DNA from: Blastocatellia bacterium
Lineage (GTDB): Bacteria > Acidobacteriota > Blastocatellia > RBC074
Direction of reading: 5' to 3'
Length of the DNA stretch: 64,000 nucleotides
Assembly: GCA_035714085.1 (NCBI GenBank)
Contig: DASTMP010000173.1
Coordinates: 6,170-70,169, forward strand
The position numbers were made by a program, and so were the translations under genes. Positions 37,572 to 47,757 of the stretch are shown here, piece by piece. Each line of letters begins with the position of its first letter. Positions within the stretch are counted from its first letter, which is position 1. The notes beneath the pieces are model-generated. The model searched no databases. It worked only from the letters and a program-made list of their open reading frames with translations, and had not been told where the DNA came from.

Positions 37572-38213
37572 TCACATGACGAATCGCAGTTTCACGAACG
37601 CTTCGGCGACATGAAAATTGGGTTTTTCAGCAAAGGTAGGAGAGAGCGCGAGGTATTGCCGTTCGCCGCCCGACCGGCCGACGCGGAAAAGATTCGCATG
37701 CCATAGATCGTTCGCTCTAGGCTCGCAGCCGAACGCGTCAAATGGAACGGCCATCGCCGCGCGCCAGATTTTTTCCGGCCCGATGATCTCGCTCGCGGTT
37801 CGCATCCCGCTGCGCCACCGCCAGTCGGCCAGCATCCGTGAACGATCGACGATCAGATCGCACCACTGCCCCGTCGGCGCGACTTCAAATTCGCGGTAAT
37901 GTTTTTCGTGCGGCTCAACCGGCGAGCGGACGAAAGCTTCGCACACGTCCCGATCCCACAACGCGTATCGCTCCTCATGCGCGTCGAACTCTTCGTCAAC
38001 GTCCAGTTCGGCGTATCCGCACTCGAAGCCGAATAATATCTCCCGCTCGCTCCATAAGACCATCGCGGTCGTTTTCAATTCGACCGGCGCCTCTTCTCCG
38101 CGCCAATTGCGGTCAATGGCCATGCGATGCGCGCCGCGCCAGCATTCGTCATGAAAATCCACGGTGAGTTGTGGCGAAGGGCAAAAGACGGCGATGATCT
38201 CATCAACTTTCAT
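37572..38213 (-). CDS. Carbohydrate-binding family 9-like (CBM9_2/DOMON-like) protein
   Basis: The pattern W......I......G.......T.....W....L...F.C.......RD..LW..D..E.F..P......Y.EFEV.P.G...D...........W.N.FR... matches my memory of PF16011. There is no signal peptide. Confidence 0.5.
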   Translation of the reverse strand: MKVDEIIAVFCPSPQLTVDFHDECWRGAHRMAIDRNWRGEEAPVELKTTAMVLWSEREILFGFECGYAELDVDEEFDAHEERYALWDRDVCEAFVRSPVEPHEKHYREFEVAPTGQWCDLIVDRSRMLADWRWRSGMRTASEIIGPEKIWRAAMAVPFDAFGCEPRANDLWHANLFRVGRSGGERQYLALSPTFAEKPNFHVAEAFVKLRFVM

Positions 38214-38316
38214 AGGCGCTGACGCTTTCTAAGCTCGCCGGGGGGAGGGTCGTTTACCGGCGTCGAACACAATCACAAAAATTTCGGTCATGTCAACACT
38301 AAATCGAACAAAATTA

Positions 38317-38345
38317 TTGACAGCGCCGTGTCTCTGGGCTATATG
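38317..38345 (+). promoter_or_regulatory. Sigma-70-like promoter candidate (TTGACA-17 nt-TATATG)
   Basis: The -35 TTGACA is at 38317-38322 and the -10 at 38340-38345. If it is used for the 38675 gene, it implies an about 320-nt leader. Confidence 0.3.
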
Positions 38346-38674
38346 TCCCCATGCCCTGAAGGTAAAGATTGCGGTTATGTCTTTACTAGCTGCCGCGACG
38401 TGGTTGTGGCCGTACTCCTCTATCAAAGCAAGTCATTGCATTGGCGGCTGCGGGCCTCACTGGTCTTCAATGAGCTGGCAGGCTGAAGACAGGTTCAAGC
38501 AATACTTACTCGAATCCTGTTTTTGCCCGGATGTTTCTGCCTAACTGATGTGAAGTTTGCATGGGAGTTTGAAAGCCGGCGAACGCGCCACATCCAGAAG
38601 CGGTTATAGAGTCATCCCAGCAAAATTCATCCAGTTGCTTTTTCTCCGACAGACACTGTTCATGGAGGTGACCC

Positions 38675-39358
38675 ATGTGGGCCCCAGTAAATTATCCAAA
38701 TCAGATTCGCCCTCTGCCATTATCAGCGCCCGGCGTCCCGCGATATGACAATCGCGACGTTCTCTGCGGCGTGCCGTCCTGCGCCCCGCTCGTGCAGCAT
38801 GAATTATTGAAGGCCGTGCGCGAGCAAATGCCATCGGTCTATAACCATGCCGCCCGTGAGATCGGGTTGACCGTCTCGCGCACGCAGGAGATGATCGAGC
38901 GCAAGGTCGAGATCATCAGTTCCGCGCGGGCCATCCGCCTGGCGCGGCTGATCGCTCTGGAGCCAAATTCCCATGCCGTCTTCGGCGAGGCGGGGTATAA
39001 CCTTTTTGGCGAGATGCGCCGCAATTTTCCGCGTCTCGTCAAAGTCACGATCCACACGCTGCCCGCGCCGCTGCGTATCCGGATGGCCATGGCCTGGACG
39101 CGCAGCATCGCTCACGGCTTCGCCGGAAGCCTCAACCGGATTCTGACCGACCACGACCGCCATAAGGTAGAGTTGTCGCTCCGCAACGGGGTCTTCGCGG
39201 ACAGGCTTGATACGCTGGGAGGCGCGCATGAATATTATCGCAACGTCTTCAAGGTCATGCTAAACGAGCTGGCGCGCGTGGATTGCGAGATCAAAGAGGT
39301 TCGCCGCCCCTCCGTCTATCTCAACCAGTGCAATTTCGAAATCAAGTGGCAAGCCTGA
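38675..39358 (+). CDS. Hypothetical protein (possibly DUF2378/V4R-like ligand-binding fold)
   Basis: The RBS GGAGGTGA lies 5 nt before ATG 38675 and the composition is protein-like. Family assignment is weak. Confidence 0.45.
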   Translation: MWAPVNYPNQIRPLPLSAPGVPRYDNRDVLCGVPSCAPLVQHELLKAVREQMPSVYNHAAREIGLTVSRTQEMIERKVEIISSARAIRLARLIALEPNSHAVFGEAGYNLFGEMRRNFPRLVKVTIHTLPAPLRIRMAMAWTRSIAHGFAGSLNRILTDHDRHKVELSLRNGVFADRLDTLGGAHEYYRNVFKVMLNELARVDCEIKEVRRPSVYLNQCNFEIKWQA

Positions 39359-39603
39359 TTATGCCACAAAGACACAGGGATAAAGCTGCCTTGATATAAT
39401 GAGATACGGACACTTTATACCTCTCCGTCCCGCCGTCTCTATCTCTGCGGTCTCTCCATCTCTGCTGCCCCTCCGTCCCTCCAACTATCTAACTCTGTGA
39501 CTCATGCGTTTTTGTAAATCTCCAAATTGGTTTTCCGAGGAAAAATTTTGGGGATGAGCTAAAGGTCAGCCCATCCCCATAGCGCGCTTTCATTACCATG
39601 AGG

Positions 39604-42600
39604 TTAGAAAGTCAAACGCAGAGCGAGTTGAATGTTGCGTCGCTCTTTGCCACCGCCGGGCAGGAGTCCCTTGTTGGCGGTGACGAGCGTATTGTTACCA
39701 TTGAACTGGTTCGTGCCCGGATTGACGAACACGTTGGAGTGGTTGAAGAAGTTGAAGAACTCGGAGCGGAACTGCAGATTCGTGCCCTCTCGCGGGAGCT
39801 TGATGCTCTTCTGCAGTCCGAAGTCGACGGTATAGTACCCCGGCGTGCGGAAGAGGTTGCGCGGCGAGAGAATCTCCGGTTGCAGGTTAGCCACGCGCGA
39901 CGTGCAAGACGCATCGCCACCACAGAAGTTATTCAGAGTGGTGAACGTATTCTGCAGCCCGGTGTAGAGGTTAAATGTGTTCGGAAGTCCAGAGTCTGAT
40001 GCTGACACCATACGATCCGGGACCGCGCCGATGATCACCGGGTAGCAGAAGTTCCCCTGGCTGTCGGTGCAACTGGAGATGCTGTTGTCATAAACGGTGA
40101 ACGCGCCGCCAGTCTGCGCCTGAAGGATGCCAGTCATGCTCCAGCCCTGGAGCGCTTGCCCCTTGACCCCATTGACGCCCTTGCCATAAGGAAGCTCCCA
40201 GACGCCGGAGAGCGTGACGCGATTCCTGATGTCGTTGGTCGAGTTTGCCCGATCCAAGGCCGGATTGTAAGGATCGCGGAAGCCGAAGAAGCCTAAGGAG
40301 CCTTCGAGCGGCGAATCGGCAAAGAAAGAGCTTGAGTTGTCAATCGAGTGCGACCAGGTGTATGCGCCACTGAACGACAAGCCCGTCACGCCCAACCGTC
40401 CCGCGCGAATCTCGGCGGTCATGCCGTGATAGCGCGAGAGACCCTCGTTGCCACGCCGGTTTATGTTGGTCAGGCCGGTCTGGTTCAATCGACTGGTACC
40501 GTCCCCGGCGCCCGGAGAGCATGGGAAGGTGGGGTCAATCCGCTGCAGCAACAAGCAACTTCCTATTTGATTGAGATTGTTCAGCGAATAGAGCTTGATA
40601 CCATTCGCGCCCAGGTAGGAAATCGAACCTGTGACGCCCTTGCCGAGGTCGCGCTCCAGCGAGGCGTTAAACTGCGCGCTGTAGGCGGTCCGCAGGTTGT
40701 TGTCCAGCATGCGGGCCGACCCAGAGAGCGTCAATGACTGGCCGGCGGCGCCGAGCGTGTTGAATTGGTTCGGCATGATCGGGAGGGACGGCGGGGACTG
40801 GAGTTGAAGTACGATGTAGTTCGGCGGGTTCTGAAACACATTGAAGACCGCGTTGCCGAAATTGCGATCGTAGAACAGTCCGTAACCGCCGCGGAAGATC
40901 GTCCGCCCGTTGCCGAAGATGTCATAGGCGAAGCCGATGCGCGGAGCGAAATTTCTGTAATCCGGCCGGTAGAATCGATCGGTCTGCTGGAAGGTCGCCA
41001 GGCTTACCTGATCGAAAACGGTCAGACCCGGAAGGTCGGCTAGAAAAAGGTTGGAGTCCAGGAAGCGCTCGCTCTCCGGGCTGTGCGGCACGCCGAAATA
41101 TTCCCAACGCACCCCGGCAGTGAGCGTAAGGCGAGGCCTGATCTTGAATGTGTCTTCGCCATAGAAGGCAAGCTCATTTTGCCTGAAGTGGCGAGTGAAG
41201 CTGGGAGAGCGGAACGGGCCGTCAGCAGTCGTATCGTAGATGTTGCCCGGAACCTTGTTGTTTGGATCGATTGCCACGGAGATATTATCCACAGTGCCGT
41301 TGAGTATTCCCTGCATCGTTGACGTTTGGAAGAAAGCGCTCTGATTGGCGCCGAATGTGCGGTTGTCACGCAGGTGCAGATACTGGCCGCCCGCTTTGAT
41401 CGTGTGCCTCCCCCACGACAGCGTCACGCCCTCGTAAACCTGGTAGACGTTTTGCGGCCCGCCAAGCGGAAGAGCCGAGGAGCCGCAGGCGTCCGGCGCA
41501 TAGCCTGGAAAGACGATAGCGCCGGTCGGTACCGCGTTGAAGAACTGATATTGCAGGCACGGTGTGGTCGCAGGCTGAGCGCCGAGCGGTTGCAAACTGA
41601 AGAATCTATTGTAGGCGACGCGCGACTCGCTGAAGATTCGCGGCGAGAACGCGTGCGTGAGCGTCAAATTGACGCTCTGGTTGCGGTTCTTCTGCCCGGT
41701 ATTGAAACCCTGATAGGGGCTTAAACTGACAGTGCCGGCGAATTGATTGCTGTCCTGGAAGGAGTAGCGGCCCTGCAAGCTGGTGCTCTCGCTGAAGCGA
41801 TGATCTACCCGGCCTGTGAAAAGCCCGGCGTTTTGCGGATTACCAGCGCCGGCGTCAATCGAGGCGCGGAGGTTGGCGCGCTGGAACAACCTGGCGCCCG
41901 CAGGGATGGGAGCGCCAGTAACGGCGTTGATCAGCGGTCTGGCGGCGTATGAGCCGGGGCCGCCGCCCTCTATGACTTCCACGATCTGTTGCGCGGTTAT
42001 GAAGGAATTGGGATCATTGGCCTGGGGTAGACCGCCAAAGGCATTGATGAAGTTATTGGTGTTGACAGAAGCGGTGTTCAGGAAGTCCTGTGTGGGGACG
42101 AAGAACGACCTTGTGCTGGAGCTGCGGATTCGCAACCCTTCGAAAGAACTGAAAAAGAAGGTCTTGTCCTTTATGATCGGCCCGCCCACAGAGCCGCCGA
42201 ACTGGTTGCGCACGAAATTGCTCTTCAGCAACCCGTTGGCGTTATCGTCGTATGGCGTCGCGGCGAGCGTCGCGCCGCGATAGAACTCGTAGGCGCTGCC
42301 ATGGAAATCGCTGGTTCCCGATTTGGTGATGACGTTGACGCCGATGGCGCTTCGGCCGAACTCCGCCGTCGCGTTGTTATTCTGCACGCGGAACTCCTGC
42401 ACCGCGTCGAGCGGCATCGTCTGGCCGACGCCGGCCGCGAAGTTGTCGTTGTTTTCAGCGCCATCGAGCATGAAGTTGATTGACGAGGTGCGCTGCCCGG
42501 CGACGGCCAGCCCCAACCCGCGAGTATCGCCTGTCACCACAGCGGTGTTGCTCGCGCCTGGCGTGAGACCGACCAGGTCATACGGATTGCGCGTGAGCAG

Positions 42601-43032
42601 CGGCAACTGGATGATCTCCCTCTCGGTGACGTTGCGCGAGACGGCGCCGGTGGACGTATTGAGCGGCGCGCTCTCTTCAGAGAGCGTCACCACATCCTGA
42701 ACGGCCCCGACCTGCATCAAGAAGTCCAGGTTGAGGCGTTGTGACACTTCAACTTTGATCTTCTGAACGGTTTTGCGGAAGCCTTGATTCTCGATCGCGA
42801 TCTCATAATTGCCGGCGCCGACGTTGGCGAAAATGAATAATCCCTCCGGATTGGTCTTCGTCTCCTGCTGAGTGTTGGTCGCTGTGTTGGTCAGTGTGAC
42901 TTTAGCCTGTGAAATCAGGGCGCCGGTGGTGTCCCCCACGCGGCCAGTGATGACCCCGAATTGCGATTGAGCCGCGGCGCTGATCCCAAGGCATAAACAG
43001 AGCAAAGCTGCTATATGAGACAGTTTTCTCAT
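39604..43032 (-). CDS. TonB-dependent receptor-like outer-membrane protein with N-terminal carboxypeptidase-regulatory-like domain
   Basis: It has a signal peptide, GVITGRVGDTTGALISQAKVTLTN (CarboxypepD_reg), the plug-like SINFMLDGAENND, a long beta-rich body and a C-terminal ...LALRLTF. ATG 43032 has a GGAGGT RBS. Confidence 0.8.
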   Translation of the reverse strand: MRKLSHIAALLCLCLGISAAAQSQFGVITGRVGDTTGALISQAKVTLTNTATNTQQETKTNPEGLFIFANVGAGNYEIAIENQGFRKTVQKIKVEVSQRLNLDFLMQVGAVQDVVTLSEESAPLNTSTGAVSRNVTEREIIQLPLLTRNPYDLVGLTPGASNTAVVTGDTRGLGLAVAGQRTSSINFMLDGAENNDNFAAGVGQTMPLDAVQEFRVQNNNATAEFGRSAIGVNVITKSGTSDFHGSAYEFYRGATLAATPYDDNANGLLKSNFVRNQFGGSVGGPIIKDKTFFFSSFEGLRIRSSSTRSFFVPTQDFLNTASVNTNNFINAFGGLPQANDPNSFITAQQIVEVIEGGGPGSYAARPLINAVTGAPIPAGARLFQRANLRASIDAGAGNPQNAGLFTGRVDHRFSESTSLQGRYSFQDSNQFAGTVSLSPYQGFNTGQKNRNQSVNLTLTHAFSPRIFSESRVAYNRFFSLQPLGAQPATTPCLQYQFFNAVPTGAIVFPGYAPDACGSSALPLGGPQNVYQVYEGVTLSWGRHTIKAGGQYLHLRDNRTFGANQSAFFQTSTMQGILNGTVDNISVAIDPNNKVPGNIYDTTADGPFRSPSFTRHFRQNELAFYGEDTFKIRPRLTLTAGVRWEYFGVPHSPESERFLDSNLFLADLPGLTVFDQVSLATFQQTDRFYRPDYRNFAPRIGFAYDIFGNGRTIFRGGYGLFYDRNFGNAVFNVFQNPPNYIVLQLQSPPSLPIMPNQFNTLGAAGQSLTLSGSARMLDNNLRTAYSAQFNASLERDLGKGVTGSISYLGANGIKLYSLNNLNQIGSCLLLQRIDPTFPCSPGAGDGTSRLNQTGLTNINRRGNEGLSRYHGMTAEIRAGRLGVTGLSFSGAYTWSHSIDNSSSFFADSPLEGSLGFFGFRDPYNPALDRANSTNDIRNRVTLSGVWELPYGKGVNGVKGQALQGWSMTGILQAQTGGAFTVYDNSISSCTDSQGNFCYPVIIGAVPDRMVSASDSGLPNTFNLYTGLQNTFTTLNNFCGGDASCTSRVANLQPEILSPRNLFRTPGYYTVDFGLQKSIKLPREGTNLQFRSEFFNFFNHSNVFVNPGTNQFNGNNTLVTANKGLLPGGGKERRNIQLALRLTF

Positions 43033-43374
43033 TGATACCTCCATAATGGTTGATTCTCAAGGGGCTAAGTAAGGCGGGGGATGTGGAGCGATCGAAATGT
43101 AAAATGCGGCTTTGTTATTCGAAGCAATCTTTATTCCGCCTCGCGTTATAAGATTGAGTTTGCTTAAAGTCAAGCATATCAATTGGAATGTTCCGGCCGC
43201 TGATAGAGAAAGAGGAATTGATGTCCAAAAATTCCAATGCCGTTTAGATTTCTGGATTCCGCCGATGGAGAGAAATCGTGGTTGCTGGACTGTCTGGCTG
43301 TCTGGTCTTATGAAAGATGGCAGGCGCGACGCTCAGTTTGGATGTGGTCTCGGCGCCAGTTCTTTCGCGGCGCC

Positions 43375-44382
43375 TTACTGCTTTTTCTCCGCCATAGCCT
43401 TCCGGATCTTCTCGACCATCTCGCGAGTCTGCGCCACGTATTGTCCTTTCGGCTCCAGGCGCAAATACTCCTCGAACATCTGAAGCGCGTTGGCGGCGTT
43501 CCTCGTTTTCAGAAAGAGGTTGCCGGCCAGCAGATAGGCTTCGGCGTAATCCGGTTTCAACCGCAGCGCCTGCCCGACTTCCGGACCTGCCTTGGCGACG
43601 TCGCCTTTCGCAAAATAGACCTGCCCGAGCGTGAAATGGCCCTGATGCGATTTCGGTTCGAGCTTCAATCCGTCCTGTAAAACTTTTTCGGCCTCGGCGT
43701 ATTTTTCCTGCCGCCGAAAGACATCACCTAAACCAAAACATGCCGCCGCCGACTTCGGATTTATCTCCAGAACGCGGCGCATTTCGCGCTCCGCCCTGTC
43801 ATATTGCTTGCTATCCATATAAGCGGTTCCAAGCAGTAAGCGGGCCTCCTGGTATTGGGGGGCTAGGTTCACAGCCTTTTCCAGTGAAGCGATCCCGACC
43901 TGAAGATTCTTCTCTTCGATCAGAGCCTTGTAGCCTTTCTCATACTCCTCTTGCGCCTCGGAGCTGACGTTTGCGTTGACGGTCTTCTTGGGTAGAGGGA
44001 TAGTGTCCGAATCTTCGGCTACGAGTTGAATCTGCAAGTAATCGGTGGACTGAGTATTCAGATCAACGAAGCGTTGAACCTCTTTGTATCCGGGATGGTG
44101 GATGACAATACGGAATTGATCCTGGCCCACATTGGTGAAACGAAATTTGCCAGACCGGTCGGTTCTTACTTGCGCGATTATCCCGCCGATGTTCGACTCA
44201 AGGGTGACAACGACTTCCTCAGCAGGCTGCCCTCCGATCTGAAAACGCACTACGCCGGAGATTGAAGTGCCTCCAGTTCTGGGCGCTCCGGAAGAAAGCC
44301 GCCCCTGACCGAAAATGGGCGCGTGACCGAGAATGAACAGCAGCGCGATGATGACGAGCAGTGAGGGTTTTGAGTGAATCAT
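43375..44382 (-). CDS. Secreted CarboxypepD_reg-like domain + TPR repeat protein
   Basis: The N-terminus is ISGVVRFQIGGQPAEEVVVTLES...SGKFRF, followed by 5-6 TPR-like helices (A..Y..G......Y..A...). ATG 44382 has a GGAGGGAG RBS. Confidence 0.7.
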   Translation of the reverse strand: MIHSKPSLLVIIALLFILGHAPIFGQGRLSSGAPRTGGTSISGVVRFQIGGQPAEEVVVTLESNIGGIIAQVRTDRSGKFRFTNVGQDQFRIVIHHPGYKEVQRFVDLNTQSTDYLQIQLVAEDSDTIPLPKKTVNANVSSEAQEEYEKGYKALIEEKNLQVGIASLEKAVNLAPQYQEARLLLGTAYMDSKQYDRAEREMRRVLEINPKSAAACFGLGDVFRRQEKYAEAEKVLQDGLKLEPKSHQGHFTLGQVYFAKGDVAKAGPEVGQALRLKPDYAEAYLLAGNLFLKTRNAANALQMFEEYLRLEPKGQYVAQTREMVEKIRKAMAEKKQ

Positions 44383-44460
44383 CCTGGCTCCCTCCATTAT
44401 GGAAAAACACGAGGGAGGGGAGAAATCCCCTCCCTTGATCGGTATTGTAATGGAACCGGC

Positions 44461-47400
44461 CTAGAAATCTAGCTTCAATCCCAACGTCGTGCTGAACGGA
44501 TTGCGGTAGGAAGCGGGATTCGTGAAGTCCGGATTCAACTGCCCAGCCGTGCTCTCGCGGAACTGGGTAATCGCTCGAATCTTTTGACTGTTGGTTACGT
44601 TGAAGAAATTAGCAATGAAGGTCATTCTCGCTCGCTCGCTGATCTTCCACGGATAGTCGAGGTGGAGATCAAGCTGGGCGAAGAGGGGGGTGCGGCCTAA
44701 CTTGCCGCGACCGCCAACCGGGATCTCACCGGCGTTCAGATAAACCGGATGCGCCAGGAATTCGCTCACCGGAACACCGGTCTCCATGTGTATCCCAAAA
44801 CCGGTGTTGAGCCCACTGAGGCGCTTGAGGTATAGGTTGTTGGCGCCGCCGAGTAGGTAGTTGGCGTAGAGGTTTACGATGTGATGCCGATCAGTGTTGA
44901 GCGGCCCGACTGCGAACTGATCGCCGAGCAGATTGAAATCGCCCTGTGTGAAGTCGAAGAGCGAGCTGATGCCCGGATCGGTCTGCCCATTGTCATTGCG
45001 GAAGTGGCCTTCATAGTTACCCTTGAGCGACGCGATTCGCCAGTTGGAGAGCAATTGCCAGCCATTAGAGAACCGCTTGTTGAGTTCGATCTCCACCGCC
45101 TTATAGAGGCGAACGGGGTTGGGGAAGCCGTCGGGTACCCCATCAGCGCCGGGACCGCCTGCGGGCTTTCCATTTTTACCCAACGGTTGGTAGCAGATAC
45201 CAAGATCGCTGTTGACAAAATCGCCGCTTGTCGGATCGGCCGCGTCTGACCGGCACGGAACCGGCACATTGTTTACGTGCCTGTCCACCCCTACCCCTTC
45301 AAAGGTGGGAGTGAATTTGACTCCAACCGGGTTGACCGCCGCGTCGACCTTCGAATTGATATTTCCGATAAAGTAGGTCTGACCGAAGAACGCTGCCGCT
45401 TCAGGCGCCACTACAGCGGCGTCTTCAATGATCCGCCCGATGCGGCGATCAATGTAGCGCACCGAGAGGACAAAGTTGTGAGGCAACTGCTGCTCGAAAC
45501 CAATGAGGTGTTCATTGGTATAGCCCAGCTTCGTGCCAGGGAGGATCGGGTTGGATGGATCCTGCGCTGAAACAGTCACCGACGAGTCGATTCCACCGGC
45601 GGCTCCGCTTAGTAAGTGCAGCGCATCAACGACAGGATTCACAGCGCCGAAACTGTTGACCACAGCGCGTCGAACGCCGTTTACAACCGTAAAGTCGGGC
45701 GCAAAAGCCCCGCCGGTGAAGTCCTTTTCGGCGGAGAGTGAACGCTCGGCCGCATCGAGCGGCAGATATTCGTGGAAGCGGCCAAAGTTATAATAGATTT
45801 TGGTCTTGCCTTTGCCGAACGGATCGAATGTCACGCCGAAGCGCGGCGACCATTGGCCGGTGAAGCTGTAAGCTTGTCGCGTCCCGTCCGGGCCGGCGGA
45901 GCCAATGACTCGCTCCTGCTCCCAGCGATAGCCGAGCAGCGCCGTGATATGGCGATTGATTCTCCACGTGTCCTGCACATAGGCCGAGTGATAATTCGAT
46001 TGAGTGTCGAAGACAGGGTTGCCGAACTCGCCGCGATCTTGTCGGAGAAAAACAGGGCGATCGCCCACCCCCGGAATGTTTAAGATCGGGCAAAGTGTAC
46101 AAGGCGGGCTATCTGGATCATCGCTTCCAAAGTTTGGGTCTACACGCAACGACCAGGCTGCGTTCAACTTTTGTCCCGCGGCGATGGACGCAATCTTCAA
46201 TGACCCGTCAGCGTTCGCGGCCGGAACCGTGTAATGCGGTCCGCTGCGGTCGCGCGTTCCGGAATAGAAAGCGCGCTGATACTGGTAGCCAATGGCAAAT
46301 GTATGGCTCCCCCAAAGGTTCTTTTGCTTTTGTGTGTCAATGTTGCCGCGATAGGTCAGGCCGTTGGTCGGCTCGAAAAAGCCCCGCCCAATTGCGGTAA
46401 AGTTGCCGCGCGCCGGCTGTGTGCGATTTACGATCTGATTGAAATTGTCGAAACCAAACTCATTGAAATGGTTCGCGCCCTGGCTGAACGAAGCGCTCAC
46501 CGTCCAGGTCGAGCTGAGCGAACCATTGTAACGGACGGCGAGGTTGCGCGTGCCGAAATCGAGCGCGCTGTTGGCGGTCGTGTTGTCGATGTTAAGCGTT
46601 GAAAACGGCGCCACATTGGTCGCGCTCGGATCGCCGAAGATGGAGAAGTTGAGCTGGTGTTTGTCGCTCAAATTGTAATCCACTTTGGCGGCGTAGTTCT
46701 TTGTAAAGGTGCGCTCCTGGGTTTCCCTTCCGAGGGTTTTCTGCAGGCCGGAGCCATCCGCGCCACGCACGATATTTCGCACGATCGATGGGTTGAACGA
46801 GCCGAAGAAGAGCAGTTTATCCTTCAACTTCGGTACCGGGCCGCTCACGTCGAAGCCCGTATCATAGTTCTCCGGGTGGAGAAGCTTGCCGAACTTGTTG
46901 ACGTTTCTATCATCGGCTTGTAGACGCTCCGCCTCGAACGACTGAGGTTGGAAGTAACCGAAGACAGAGGCATGGTAAGCGTTGGTGCCCGACTTGGTGA
47001 TGATATTAACGATGCCGCCTTGCGATTGGCCATATTGCGGCTCGAAGCCGCCGGTCTTCACCTGCACCTCCTGGACATATTGCGTGTTGATGCCCACGCC
47101 GAGCGAGCCATAGGACCGCGTGAAGATGCCGAGACCGCCGAAAGCCGAATCGGTGATGTTCACGCCGTCGGCGATGTAGAGGTTGTCCAGGCCTGAAGCG
47201 CCGGAGATCGACGGGTTGGCTCTTCCCGTCATACCCGAGACGCTGTCCGTTACGCCGGGGGCGAGATAGAACAGGCTCTGGACGCTACGTTGCAATGGAA
47301 TGTTTTGATAGAGCTGGTTGCTCAGGTTCGATCCGATGGCAGTGCTGGTTGTATCCACGGCTGCCGCGCCAGCAGTCACCTCGACTACCTCGGAGATGTT

Positions 47401-47757
47401 TCCGGGTTCGAGCGTCAGTTTCAGCGCGGAGATTTTGCCAACGAAGACTTCGACGCCGGGCACATTGACGGTCTTGAAGCCGGTCTGCTCCACTTTCACC
47501 TTGTAGGCGCCGGGGATCAAGTTCTGCATCTCGAACTCGCCATCGGCGTTTGCGGTAACCATGCGATCGCCAGCCTGCCCCGTGATGGTGATTTTGGCGT
47601 TCGCAATGGCGGCGCCGGCGCTGTCTGTTACGCGACCGCTGATTCCGCCTTTGGTCAAGGTGTCCTGCGCGAGGCCAAGCCCTGAGAAGCAAAGAAGGAT
47701 GGCTGCAGATGCGAGCAGAGATATCGCGCTGGCCCTGAATGGACTTACTCGTTTCAT
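44461..47757 (-). CDS. TonB-dependent receptor-like outer-membrane protein with N-terminal carboxypeptidase-regulatory-like domain
   Basis: Motifs are GGISGRVTDSAGAAIANAKITI, LDNLYIADGVNITD and the C-terminal ...LGLKLDF. The RBS is GGAGGG. Confidence 0.8.
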   Translation of the reverse strand: MKRVSPFRASAISLLASAAILLCFSGLGLAQDTLTKGGISGRVTDSAGAAIANAKITITGQAGDRMVTANADGEFEMQNLIPGAYKVKVEQTGFKTVNVPGVEVFVGKISALKLTLEPGNISEVVEVTAGAAAVDTTSTAIGSNLSNQLYQNIPLQRSVQSLFYLAPGVTDSVSGMTGRANPSISGASGLDNLYIADGVNITDSAFGGLGIFTRSYGSLGVGINTQYVQEVQVKTGGFEPQYGQSQGGIVNIITKSGTNAYHASVFGYFQPQSFEAERLQADDRNVNKFGKLLHPENYDTGFDVSGPVPKLKDKLLFFGSFNPSIVRNIVRGADGSGLQKTLGRETQERTFTKNYAAKVDYNLSDKHQLNFSIFGDPSATNVAPFSTLNIDNTTANSALDFGTRNLAVRYNGSLSSTWTVSASFSQGANHFNEFGFDNFNQIVNRTQPARGNFTAIGRGFFEPTNGLTYRGNIDTQKQKNLWGSHTFAIGYQYQRAFYSGTRDRSGPHYTVPAANADGSLKIASIAAGQKLNAAWSLRVDPNFGSDDPDSPPCTLCPILNIPGVGDRPVFLRQDRGEFGNPVFDTQSNYHSAYVQDTWRINRHITALLGYRWEQERVIGSAGPDGTRQAYSFTGQWSPRFGVTFDPFGKGKTKIYYNFGRFHEYLPLDAAERSLSAEKDFTGGAFAPDFTVVNGVRRAVVNSFGAVNPVVDALHLLSGAAGGIDSSVTVSAQDPSNPILPGTKLGYTNEHLIGFEQQLPHNFVLSVRYIDRRIGRIIEDAAVVAPEAAAFFGQTYFIGNINSKVDAAVNPVGVKFTPTFEGVGVDRHVNNVPVPCRSDAADPTSGDFVNSDLGICYQPLGKNGKPAGGPGADGVPDGFPNPVRLYKAVEIELNKRFSNGWQLLSNWRIASLKGNYEGHFRNDNGQTDPGISSLFDFTQGDFNLLGDQFAVGPLNTDRHHIVNLYANYLLGGANNLYLKRLSGLNTGFGIHMETGVPVSEFLAHPVYLNAGEIPVGGRGKLGRTPLFAQLDLHLDYPWKISERARMTFIANFFNVTNSQKIRAITQFRESTAGQLNPDFTNPASYRNPFSTTLGLKLDF

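Noticed and set aside
38346-38674. Possible riboswitch or sRNA in the putative 320-nt leader upstream of 38675
   Set aside because: I could not recognise any conserved riboswitch core or convincing terminator/antiterminator pair. The promoter call itself has low confidence.
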